64,000 nucleotides of DNA from an uncultured virus (IMG/VR IMGVR_UViG_3300027771_000010) (lineage: Duplodnaviria > Heunggongvirae > Uroviricota > Caudoviricetes): the IMG/VR virus record IMGVR_UViG_3300027771_000010; one strand, 5' to 3'. This document shows positions 9,648-19,100 of this stretch, piece after piece. Each line of letters opens with the position of its first letter. Position 1 is the stretch's first letter. Below the pieces are notes generated by a model. The model saw only the letters and a list, made by a program, of their open reading frames with translations. It was not told the origin of the DNA and did not search any database. Both the position numbers and the translations under genes were made by a program.

Positions 9648-10635
9648 TTAATTCTCCGTTTGTACTTATTGTAACATAGTTATTCTTAAAAATCAATAGC
9701 GGATCTTCAGGCCAATCAAAATTAATATTTAGATATGACTGTGATTGTAACAATAAGCCAACTGGTAATTCTATAGCACCTACAAAATTATCCACTGCGC
9801 CATCGCATACTACGATTTGTATTTGGTTCTTTCCTTCGAAGTAATACATTTCATCTTCTGTTAACTCACTTGTTATATGAAGACTGTTGTCTACTACGCT
9901 AATATTTATGTCTGCATTATCAACGTCACTTGATACTTGAACTAATCTGCTTGTACCTAAGAAGTTTTGATTCTCTTTAACAGTTGCTTGCAGTGTCCAT
10001 TGGTATTGTTTAAACACTGGCTTAGTGTATAAACTAATTTCATTCCAGTTAACCTTATCAGTTATAGTTGGGTTGAGATCAATAATTTGTTTTCCATTTG
10101 AAAACAATGCTAGTGGGTCAACTCCTATGCTGTCTATTAGATAGTCTGGGTCACCTTTCTTTGTGATGTAGATGTCTAGCAGTTTGTTTTCTGATTGTGC
10201 TACGGCTGTAATGTCACTAAGGTTCTTAGTAGTTGTGATGTTGCTTCTATTAGCCTGCACCATAACTTTATTATCCTCATAGAATATCTTTACAAATATA
10301 TCTGACTTAGTTGGGTCGTCAATGGATTCAAACGGTATAAGTTTATTACCCCTTGCTACTAGTTCAAGTGTTGTACTACGCTCGCCAAAGTCCCATCTGT
10401 TATTAATGATATCCCATATCATTCCATACTTCTTAATACTAGAAGTACCTTTAATAATACGTTTGCATATAGGATTCCAACAAGGTGCTTCGATTAGTCC
10501 AATATCCAATGATTGTGGTGATGTACTAATCTTATGTATCCGACCTGAGTTAGAATCAAACGCTACAAAGTATTTACGCTTGTTGTAAGTAGGATTACTT
10601 TTTACTGGTTGCGAGGTATGTGTTTCTGTGTTCAT
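9631..10635 (-). CDS. Hypothetical protein (start probably MNTETH at 10635)
   Basis: ORF track 9631-10719; the later ATG minimises overlap with the upstream gene. Confidence 0.65.
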   Translation of the reverse strand: MNTETHTSQPVKSNPTYNKRKYFVAFDSNSGRIHKISTSPQSLDIGLIEAPCWNPICKRIIKGTSSIKKYGMIWDIINNRWDFGERSTTLELVARGNKLIPFESIDDPTKSDIFVKIFYEDNKVMVQANRSNITTTKNLSDITAVAQSENKLLDIYITKKGDPDYLIDSIGVDPLALFSNGKQIIDLNPTITDKVNWNEISLYTKPVFKQYQWTLQATVKENQNFLGTSRLVQVSSDVDNADINISVVDNSLHITSELTEDEMYYFEGKNQIQIVVCDGAVDNFVGAIELPVGLLLQSQSYLNINFDWPEDPLLIFKNNYVTISTNGELNDKDD

Positions 10636-11452
10636 CAAATATTTCTTGTGTAAGGAACTCTTGTTCACCGTAATATAAATTAGTAGAGATAGCAAAGTTT
10701 TGTATTTTAATCTTTGCACCTTTACTGGCCCAAGTATTTAAACAGTCCGTCCACTTATCCCATACACCTATGTTGCCGTCTTCTAATGTTACTGGCATGT
10801 TTACAATAGTTACAAGGTCTTTGTGTAACAATGGATCATCATGTATGATTACTGTGTTGAGTAGACTATGTATAATGTCTGGACTAAACTGTGATGGTTT
10901 ATGTACTTCCGAAAAGTAATGTGCATATACTTCTCTCCAGTTTTGCATAAACACATCTGCTAGTTTAAAGTAAGCTAGTGCAATGTCAGTGTCGTGTTTA
11001 AAGTAATACATGCTAGAGTATACTTTAGTTAATTTATAATTTATTTCTAATACGTTTGCGTTCTTATTTACTAACGGAGCACCCTTGAAGTTAGTTGCCC
11101 TGTTAAAGAAGCAAATGTCTTTCTGGTCTATTAAGTAGTCCCATGTACTATCGTGATTCTCTTTTACTAAGCTAGCACAGTCAACTACCATAGTATGTAC
11201 ATATGGTGTACACCAATATAGTTGCCACTCGTTAGCTCTAGTTGTCTCACTAAATCCATAAGGTAGCTCTATAAGATAATCAAACACTTCGTGAAAGTGT
11301 TCTGGTATTCTGTCTGTGTAGTTAGTTACTAACGAAACGCTTGCTTTTTTATTTTGTAATTTAATACTGTACGCCAATGCTGTAGCTTGTTCATATTCAA
11401 AATCTTGCATTGCTACAATTACGTAGCCTCTGTCTTCAGGTTCTTTAATCAT
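10595..11452 (-). CDS. GT8-like glycosyltransferase, possibly degenerate (DCA in place of DxD)
   Basis: GYVIVA..ATALAYSIK..SLVT..FDYLIE..TPYVHTMVVDCA; paralogous to the next gene. Confidence 0.6.
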   Translation of the reverse strand: MIKEPEDRGYVIVAMQDFEYEQATALAYSIKLQNKKASVSLVTNYTDRIPEHFHEVFDYLIELPYGFSETTRANEWQLYWCTPYVHTMVVDCASLVKENHDSTWDYLIDQKDICFFNRATNFKGAPLVNKNANVLEINYKLTKVYSSMYYFKHDTDIALAYFKLADVFMQNWREVYAHYFSEVHKPSQFSPDIIHSLLNTVIIHDDPLLHKDLVTIVNMPVTLEDGNIGVWDKWTDCLNTWASKGAKIKIQNFAISTNLYYGEQEFLTQEIFDEHRNTYLATSKK

Positions 11453-12347
11453 TAAACTTCTCCTGTAACTCAGCTATTACTCTACCAAGCGATCGTTTAT
11501 TCATAACATGTACGTCCTGTTTGCCTTGTCTTACTAATATATTCTTCCATTGTTCCTTTTGGCAATGTGCTATAAATACCCAATCAGTTAATGTAGGAGT
11601 CTCAATGATATCATCCTTCTGACTCATATTAACTAATGCTGTTCCATCAAAGTTTCCAATTGGTGATTCAGCATCTTGCATGCCTCCAAGTATATGTACA
11701 GCAATGCTCACGCAATAGTCTGTGCGGAATAACTTACCTGGAAAGTTATAAAGGTATTGATAGAATTCATAGTTGGCTGCAACGTGTGCCCATGTATCAA
11801 AAAATAATTTACTCTCGTCACTACGATCAAAGTATACAACAGTACTCCACCACATCTTAATACCCGACTCGTATAAGAATCGTTCGCGTTCTGCTGGCAG
11901 TTCGTTACGTAGTGTTGTTGCGTTGTCAAACATACAAACGTTGTGTTCTGTTTGATCAAAGTATTGTAATAAGTAATCTGTCTTAACAATATAGTCAATG
12001 TCTAATAATAATGTTTGTTCAAATGGACTGTACTCAAATATCTTATGTTTGTTACTGTTATTAAATTGTGCAGTAAACTCTGTCCATGGACTATCAAAGT
12101 GCCGTCTGTTGTTAGTTTTCATTTCATCATTAGTAACTACAATATAATCAAACGTTGCTTCAATTATATCCTTGTCCTGACTTTGTTCAAGCCAAGCTTC
12201 TGATCCTTCGTCTGTAATTAAACACACGGGTAGTTTTAAAAACTTCTTAACATACTGGCCAGCAAACAATGCAATCTTAACATAGTCTATCTGGTCATTG
12301 TTGTAAGCGAAAAAACATACACCTTTCTGATCACTGTATTCAAACAT
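11445..12347 (-). CDS. GT8-like glycosyltransferase
   Basis: VCLITD, FDYIV, SPFEQTLLLDID (DxD), FRTD, HVMNK. Confidence 0.75.
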   Translation of the reverse strand: MFEYSDQKGVCFFAYNNDQIDYVKIALFAGQYVKKFLKLPVCLITDEGSEAWLEQSQDKDIIEATFDYIVVTNDEMKTNNRRHFDSPWTEFTAQFNNSNKHKIFEYSPFEQTLLLDIDYIVKTDYLLQYFDQTEHNVCMFDNATTLRNELPAERERFLYESGIKMWWSTVVYFDRSDESKLFFDTWAHVAANYEFYQYLYNFPGKLFRTDYCVSIAVHILGGMQDAESPIGNFDGTALVNMSQKDDIIETPTLTDWVFIAHCQKEQWKNILVRQGKQDVHVMNKRSLGRVIAELQEKFND

Positions 12348-12694
12348 TACCAGTCCATTACTTTTTTAATGTTCCTAGCTTTCTTAAGCTTCTCATTTTC
12401 AATATCATATTCTGTTGTTGCACTTGTGTATGCATCAAGTAGCTTAGTCATTAATTCTTTTAAACTTTTTACATTGATAGGATTTTGTTTGCTATCAATT
12501 ACAATCGAGTCTTTGCGTTCTAAGTCTATTAATGTTTTTACAAACGCAATTGTTTCGTGGTCGGCTAAGAACACTCCGCCTAAGTAATGCACAATTTGTA
12601 ACTGTGCTACTCTGTTTTTAATGTTTCTTTTTTGATTGTTTATTGTTAAAGCATAGTTACTGAACTCTAATGCTTTAGATAATCTCTCGTCCAT
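12347..12694 (-). CDS. Hypothetical phage protein (115 aa)
   Basis: AAGGAG RBS; TAATG overlap with the downstream gene. Confidence 0.75.
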   Translation of the reverse strand: MDERLSKALEFSNYALTINNQKRNIKNRVAQLQIVHYLGGVFLADHETIAFVKTLIDLERKDSIVIDSKQNPINVKSLKELMTKLLDAYTSATTEYDIENEKLKKARNIKKVMDW

Positions 12695-12711
12695 AGTTTT
12701 CTCCTTTAAGT

Positions 12712-12745
12712 GAATGTACGATAAATGTTACTTTATCGTACATTC
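12712..12745. repeat. Perfect 14-bp inverted repeat (stem-loop)
   Basis: GAATGTACGATAAA-tgttac-TTTATCGTACATTC between yhhQ and the GT cluster. Confidence 0.8.
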
Positions 12746-12756
12746 TATTTGTTTGT

Positions 12757-13368
12757 CTAATCTTCTACTCTGCTTTGTAGATACTTTAATAGTACGCCAT
12801 ATGCTGGCAAGAAGATAATAAGCCCTACTGCAATTTTTAGTACAACCTGTGAGCCTGCGATTTCTATCCAGTTCGCTGCCATGTACTCGTCTGCTGAGTT
12901 GCTGAATGCCACCCAAAAGAATGTATACGTATCAATTATATTTGCTGCCACTGTAGAAACTGCTGGTGCAATCCACCACATCTTTGAGAATCCTTCTCTG
13001 ATGTATTGAAATACATAGACGTCAAGTAGTGTACCTACTGCATATGCAGATGCACTTGCTAAACCAATTCTAAGAGCAACACTAGTTGGTGCTCCTTCTA
13101 GCATTACTACTGCAATAGATCCAATAATTGCTAACGGGTATGCCGCTAAAATTGTTGAACGTGCAATATTTTTGCCTAGCATTCTTACTGTTAAGTCGGT
13201 TGCGAGTACAACTAATGGGAAAGTAAATGCTGCCCATGTTAGTTTTACTCCAAACATTTCCACTGGAATGGAAACTAGTGCGTTAGATATAACAACAATC
13301 ACAACATGCAGTAATGCAAGTTTAATCATCATAGCTTTATCGACGCCTTCTAATAGTCTTGAAATCAT
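12757..13368 (-). CDS. yhhQ: Queuosine-precursor (preQ0/preQ1) transporter, YhhQ/VUT family
   Basis: Hydrophobic 203 aa with SNALV, TWAAFTFP..LATDLTVR..G...AR, RI..AS..AY..G.LLD..VF, WW.AP..ST...N.IDT..FF..AF, close to the E. coli YhhQ pattern. Confidence 0.92.
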   Translation of the reverse strand: MISRLLEGVDKAMMIKLALLHVVIVVISNALVSIPVEMFGVKLTWAAFTFPLVVLATDLTVRMLGKNIARSTILAAYPLAIIGSIAVVMLEGAPTSVALRIGLASASAYAVGTLLDVYVFQYIREGFSKMWWIAPAVSTVAANIIDTYTFFWVAFSNSADEYMAANWIEIAGSQVVLKIAVGLIIFLPAYGVLLKYLQSRVED

Positions 13369-13407
13369 ATTAGTTCTCCTGATAAATTATATATAATTAT
13401 ATATGTA

Positions 13408-13436
13408 TATAATATACTATTTACCAGAGTTTGTCA
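13408..13436 (-). promoter_or_regulatory. Sigma70-type promoter for yhhQ with an embedded TAAATA late box
   Basis: TTGACA-17 nt (aactctggTAAATAgta)-TATTAT on the minus strand. Confidence 0.7.
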
Positions 13437-13458
13437 AGCTGATTTTGGGATTTGTTTA

Positions 13459-14634
13459 CTAGTCTTTGGTATATGAATAAGGATTGTTTGCATCGCCGGT
13501 GCTAGTCCAGCCTGTATTTGGAGATGCGTTCCAATCAAGTTGTACGCCACTTGCAACATCAACTGGTGCCCACGCTACTGCTTCTGAAATTACAGGAGCA
13601 TTACGTTGTGCAAATCGTGTTACAGTTGCACCTACTGTCATTGATGCTTCGTTACCATCACCATTTGTTGGAGCTTGTGTTGGTCTACTCCATCCTGAGT
13701 ATAGTTTAATAGGTTGTGTTATAGCAAATGTATCGTCTACATCTTCCACTAGTATTACTTTCACGTACACATTGAATGTTCCGCCTACTTCATCTGCTTT
13801 CATTTGGAATCTAATACGTCTACTGTTGTATTCACTGTACACATATACATAAGCGTTTCCATATTCACCTGAAGAGAATCTAAATACTCCTGCATCAAAT
13901 ATAGTATTAAAGTCTCCACCATGCACAATTCCATTGTAGAAGCCTGTTGCCGCTACTGTACTAGTTGTTAATACATCATAAGCATCGTCTGCAACTATCT
14001 TACATTGCTCTGCTCCTATACGTATGCTATCGAATCTGTTAAAGATTTGTCTCCATACGTCTTGTCCTGCTGCTCCACCTGCATCCATCTCAAGTTCTAA
14101 ACTTAGCTCGCCACCACTATTAAAAAAGTGCCTTGCTTCGTTGTAGTCTGTAAATGCAAACTTATGAACAATCTCTAAGTCTTGATTCCAAGATTGTGTA
14201 TTAGTTGAAATTAATACATCCTTATCCCATTCTGCCCAGTCTACTTTGTACTTGTTAGATTCAATTATAGAAATCTTAGTTACTACGTCATTATAGTTAA
14301 CTGGTGAGATTGGGTCTGGGTGGTTCGCTGCTATCTTAGGAAGTAGCAGAGTTGGATTATCTTCTGTATGATACTGTCCAGCATTAACTTGTGTTATAGC
14401 TTGATTAAAAGAAAGTCCTGTAATAAGCGAACCAATATTAATTGCTGGGTTAATGACTGCAGACGTTTGTCCCCAGCCATATCTTCTGTTGTCTGATGTA
14501 CTGCTATGATTGGAGTCATAACTAAAGCTCCCGCCCGTCCACAATTCGTTAAAATATGTAACAAGGTTATTCAGTTCTAGAGCATAAATCTTATTGCCCG
14601 TTAGTACTTGTGCCGGTTTGGAAGCTAATGCCAT
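13459..14634 (-). CDS. Virion structural protein (baseplate/short-fibre associated)
   Basis: Position at the end of the baseplate operon; YGWGQ and ARHFFNSGG motifs; beta-rich. Confidence 0.6.
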   Translation of the reverse strand: MALASKPAQVLTGNKIYALELNNLVTYFNELWTGGSFSYDSNHSSTSDNRRYGWGQTSAVINPAINIGSLITGLSFNQAITQVNAGQYHTEDNPTLLLPKIAANHPDPISPVNYNDVVTKISIIESNKYKVDWAEWDKDVLISTNTQSWNQDLEIVHKFAFTDYNEARHFFNSGGELSLELEMDAGGAAGQDVWRQIFNRFDSIRIGAEQCKIVADDAYDVLTTSTVAATGFYNGIVHGGDFNTIFDAGVFRFSSGEYGNAYVYVYSEYNSRRIRFQMKADEVGGTFNVYVKVILVEDVDDTFAITQPIKLYSGWSRPTQAPTNGDGNEASMTVGATVTRFAQRNAPVISEAVAWAPVDVASGVQLDWNASPNTGWTSTGDANNPYSYTKD

Positions 14635-14635
14635 T

Positions 14636-15553
14636 TTACTTTACTCCAACTATAACTTCTATTACGCCCGCTTCTAAAGAATTCTTTGATTCTAATGCAC
14701 GGCCTATAACATGTCTCCAATTAATTTCATGACCCATTTCACTTCTTCCGTGTCCTGGTGTATCACTACTAATAATTCTGTCACCCTTTGTAATTGGTCC
14801 AACTACTTTACAAGGAACTCTTCCAAGTAATGCAACCGCTGTTGTAATTCCCTCTGCCATTGAGTTCATCAATAATGCTGGGTCTGTTGTTACAACTCCT
14901 ATTACTTTAGGATCTTTCTCATGTACTGTTTCTGTAACTTCGTGGTCACCTATTACGCCATCGCCTGACGCTATCATTATTACAGTGCCTGCACCGTATG
15001 TTACGTCTGATGTATAGTTCTCTGCAACGTCTGCAAATTGTGCATGCGTAGCAGTACCATGAAACTTCATTGCTGAAGCTGTTACTGTGTTTAAGTTGAT
15101 ACCTGCATTAATTGTTGTTGTTCCTGTACCTGCTCCGCTGTCTGAGAAGTAAGGTATGTAATCAGTTTCAGTTGACTTTAATGCAAATGCTGTTGCATTT
15201 GAACTAACCATTGAGACTGGTATTCCGTTTGCTCTGCTAACTGCCACGTTATGGACAACATCAGCTGTGTCTGTTACTTGAACAAAACCACTGCCAGCAT
15301 CTAAGCCTAGCCATGTAGTATTGTATCTTACGTATAGTATTTTGGTACTTGGCTTCCACCATAACTGACCTTCGATTGGATTAGTTGGAGCAGTTTCGCT
15401 TGCAAAATTCTCTAATAAACTAACAGAGTTTTGTGCAATTGCTTCACCGTAACCAATATAATCCTTACCTACTAGACGCAGACTTGTTTGTGTGTTTAGC
15501 GTATCGTCAGCTACTGTAATTGACGTTCCGTTTTTTGTAATCGTATATGCCAT
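14636..15553 (-). CDS. Virion structural protein with C-terminal intramolecular-chaperone-like (peptidase G2 IMC-type) domain
   Basis: LVGKDY.GYGE..LLENFA..P.NPIEGQLW N-terminus; ADVAENY..IGVV..PA..MN..VALLGRVPCKV..KGD C-terminus. Confidence 0.7.
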   Translation of the reverse strand: MAYTITKNGTSITVADDTLNTQTSLRLVGKDYIGYGEAIAQNSVSLLENFASETAPTNPIEGQLWWKPSTKILYVRYNTTWLGLDAGSGFVQVTDTADVVHNVAVSRANGIPVSMVSSNATAFALKSTETDYIPYFSDSGAGTGTTTINAGINLNTVTASAMKFHGTATHAQFADVAENYTSDVTYGAGTVIMIASGDGVIGDHEVTETVHEKDPKVIGVVTTDPALLMNSMAEGITTAVALLGRVPCKVVGPITKGDRIISSDTPGHGRSEMGHEINWRHVIGRALESKNSLEAGVIEVIVGVK

Positions 15554-15556
15554 TGT

Positions 15557-16153
15557 TTAAACTCCTGCTCTAATTCTTAGAGTATATAGTATCTCTAATT
15601 TTCTATTTTTACTTTTTTGAATAGGATGAAATATTAAATGCGTTAAGAAGTTACCTGATTCTGTTACTAATGCAATCTCATCAAATACAAACTCGCCTGC
15701 TGTCTCATAATTACTAGCTGTATCCAAGTTACTTGCATCAGCTGGGTAGTTATAATCTAAAATTACTTTGCATGCTAAATCTGTATACGGTTCGTTTGCC
15801 GCATCCATAACTGTATGCTCTGTGATAGGTACTTGTAAATGTACGCCACCGTTTGCATTATCAAGGCTTGCGTTATACAACGCTCCACTTCCGCCTGCGA
15901 CTTTAGCTTCTTTATATGTAATGTTTCCACTTGCATCAATGGTTGAACCACCAAATCCAAATGCTAACTTACTAATAACTGAGCTATTGCCATTAACATC
16001 AGTCTTATTAGCTAACGAATTAGCTAGTGCTAACGCAAAGTTTTGAAAGTTAATTGCGTTATATTTGTTAAGCAGAGTCTCATTAGTATCAACATCTCTG
16101 ATGATTACATGACCTTCTACGTTAACTACTGATGTTTCATTCAATGTTTTCAT
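15557..16153 (-). CDS. Baseplate structural protein
   Basis: VEGHVIIRD..KYNAI..FDEIAL..THLIFHPIQKS..YTLRI; late promoter CATAAATA and RBS upstream. Confidence 0.6.
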   Translation of the reverse strand: MKTLNETSVVNVEGHVIIRDVDTNETLLNKYNAINFQNFALALANSLANKTDVNGNSSVISKLAFGFGGSTIDASGNITYKEAKVAGGSGALYNASLDNANGGVHLQVPITEHTVMDAANEPYTDLACKVILDYNYPADASNLDTASNYETAGEFVFDEIALVTESGNFLTHLIFHPIQKSKNRKLEILYTLRIRAGV

Positions 16154-16198
16154 ATGCCTATTCCTTATACACTATTTATGCCGGAGCATTATCTAATG

Positions 16199-19100
16199 TT
16201 ATAATTGTATTCCCTTGCTAATTGCCGACAACTCTGCTGCCGCTGTTGAGCTAGGACTATTCAATATCGTACTACCTACTACATTATATTGTAATGTTGC
16301 AGGGCTGTTAGTGTATGTAAGTTGGTTAGTATCTACTTGTGTAATAGAGTCTCCTAACGCACCTACCGCTCTAAATGTGTTGTTAACGTTTCTAGCTATA
16401 ACTGTTACTGTAGTTGCATCAACTTTAGTATATGTAATCAGTTCGCCGTTAATATATAATGTACCTGTTGCTGTAATGCCAGCAGTACTAGTTACTATTA
16501 TTTTAGTATCATTAAGTCCAAGTTCAGAAGCTAACGTTGTTTCCTTAGCACTTGCTAATGCATACGCAATAACGTTGCCTGTGTTGTCTTGTAAATGTAC
16601 AAACGTTCTTGTGTTAGTATCGTATGTGCTTCCACTTGTATTTGTTTGTACTGCTATGCTTAATGATTCTGTTACACTTGCTTTAACCTTTTCAGTAGTA
16701 GCAAAACTATTAATAGTAGAGCTTATCTTAGTATGGAAAGGTTTAACATCTTGTATGTAACCAGTTATGTTATGAATTTTATTTCTCTTATACTTTCTAG
16801 CCGTTGTGTTAAACTCGCTAGCAATCTCAACTTTAATATAAGTTGTCTTTCTAATCCAGTTAGTTTGAGGTAATGAACTTAACACATAGTCAACAACACC
16901 AAAGAATAATTTATTCATCTTAAGTTTGTTTCTACCTATGAAGATGTCTTCGTCTAATGCTGTTATTAATGTCTGCCAATACTCTGCAACGTTGTCAACA
17001 TCCCACTTGCCGCTATCCCAATATCCGCCTTTGATAACAGTTCCGTTTGCTGTTGTACGTGTGCCTTCGGCGCTCTTGTCATATCCCATTTCAGGACATA
17101 AGTCTGCTACGCTAAATTCAATACTACTATTCTTTTTAAGAACTAGTACCCATTCGGCCTTCTCATCATTATACGCATAAATTTCACTTCTGTCAAGGTC
17201 TGCTTCAACATTAAACAATTTAATTTTCACTACCTTATGAAAGTCTCTGTCTATGTTTATTAAGTCTGCAACACTTGTGGCAGTTGTTGTGTAATTAAAT
17301 GTACCATTGTATCTAGTTGGCTTATGATCAATCCACTTCCATAACGTTGTAGGGAAGTTGTTTGCAACTAATGTTCTGTCCCACTTGTTAGTATACGCAT
17401 CATCTACTAATACTGATCTAAGTTCATAGTTAATAGCTTCAGCTGTATTTCTTCTACCTTCGTTTATGTTGTTAAACCAAGACTGTCCAATGTCAAGACT
17501 GTCGCCGTATTTGTTAAATTTGTGTAGCGTGTTGAATGGGATTCTAGCCTTAACACTATTCCATCCAGCCAAGCTGTACTTCATTCCTTGTATATAATAT
17601 CCAGGAATATTATCATAACCTTTAGCAATTAATGTCCACTCGTTGTGTGACTTAAACTTGTTAGGTGCTTTATTAATTTGTAGTACTGTACTCTTATTGT
17701 CTACGTAATAAGATATATTGTCTACAATAAATTCATTTGCTGTTAGTGCAGCGAACCAACTTACACCGTTAGTTGATGGGCTTCTAATAATATTAGCAAC
17801 ATCAAATGCTGATAGTGTTCTTTCGTCTTGCACTGTTGTTTTGTTCTTAACCCAGTAATAATAAACATCATCATTTGATCCGTTTGCTGAGTTAAACTGT
17901 GTAGTTAGTGTGTAATGATATACTAGTTCTGCAGTAAGTTTATCGTATACTGCGTAAGCCTCACCTGTTGCAGGTACGCCGTAAATCTCTTTACCAAACA
18001 ATACAGACTCTGCATAGTCGTCTGGTGCTACTGAAGATTTAATCCATTCCCATACTACAATTTCTGATCCAGGATATAACTCTCCCCACTTGGAAACTCT
18101 ATACTCTAGACCTCCCTGATCGTAATCATAATATCTAGCTTTACTAGTGTCCCACCATCTTGTTCCTAATTGTTCTGTACCCCAAGCATTATTATCGTCT
18201 ACTGATTGTCCTGTGTCAGATGATGTATTATAAATTGCGTTGTCTGATACATTTATAATATCTACATTCTGTTTAGCAATACCCGGTATAATATGTCTTA
18301 AAGGATCAAACGATTCTAATATGATATTAGATTTATTCTTTTTATAATTATATACAGTAATATTATCTATGTCTTTATTAGTAGGTCTGCTTAGTGTCTG
18401 TCTCTTAGCTGTCACTGTACTTCCTGTGATGTTACTTACATAAGTTCCTAATACACTTGCATTGCTGTCTTCGTATATAAGTGTCTTAGCTGGTAAGTTC
18501 CATGAAGCAAGTGCAATTGCAGATGCTCGTTGTACTTCATCTGTAAATCTTGTTGTAACTAATGGCATGATTGATACTGCGTTACCGCACATCTCAATAA
18601 ACTCGTCTATGTAAAATACTGTATCTAGTGTGCCTACTTTTGTTACTTTGTGAATACCATCTATGTTAGGAGTAGTAGTTGTGTTTAGTAACTGCACAAA
18701 GTCTCCTACTTGTAATCCGTGTGCTACGTTAGTAGTAACCTCTGCATCGTTTCCATCTAATGTTGATGTACCTGCACAAATTCCACAACCGTCTGTTGCT
18801 GTAGTATATGAATACAATGGTGCTGGTCTTTGCGTAACTTGTAAAACATTCCAACCAAAGAACTTAGTAGTTATAGATCCTCTTGACGCTACTTCAAATG
18901 CACTATCGTCTGTAACTAGTATGTTGTATAATGCGTTGTCAGATGTTTGTGCTGTAGATCCAAAGTCGGTTACATCAAATGTGTTAACTACTCCACCGTC
19001 TGTTGCTATTTTAGTTCCTGTGTCAAAACCTGCTAGCGTGTTGAAAGTAGTGTCACCTAATGTAAGTGATGTTCCTGTTGAACTAATTATTATGTTGTTA

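Noticed and set aside
13369..13440. preQ1 riboswitch upstream of yhhQ
   Set aside because: The leader is short and almost all A/T, with no stem-loop plus A-rich tail matching a preQ1 aptamer
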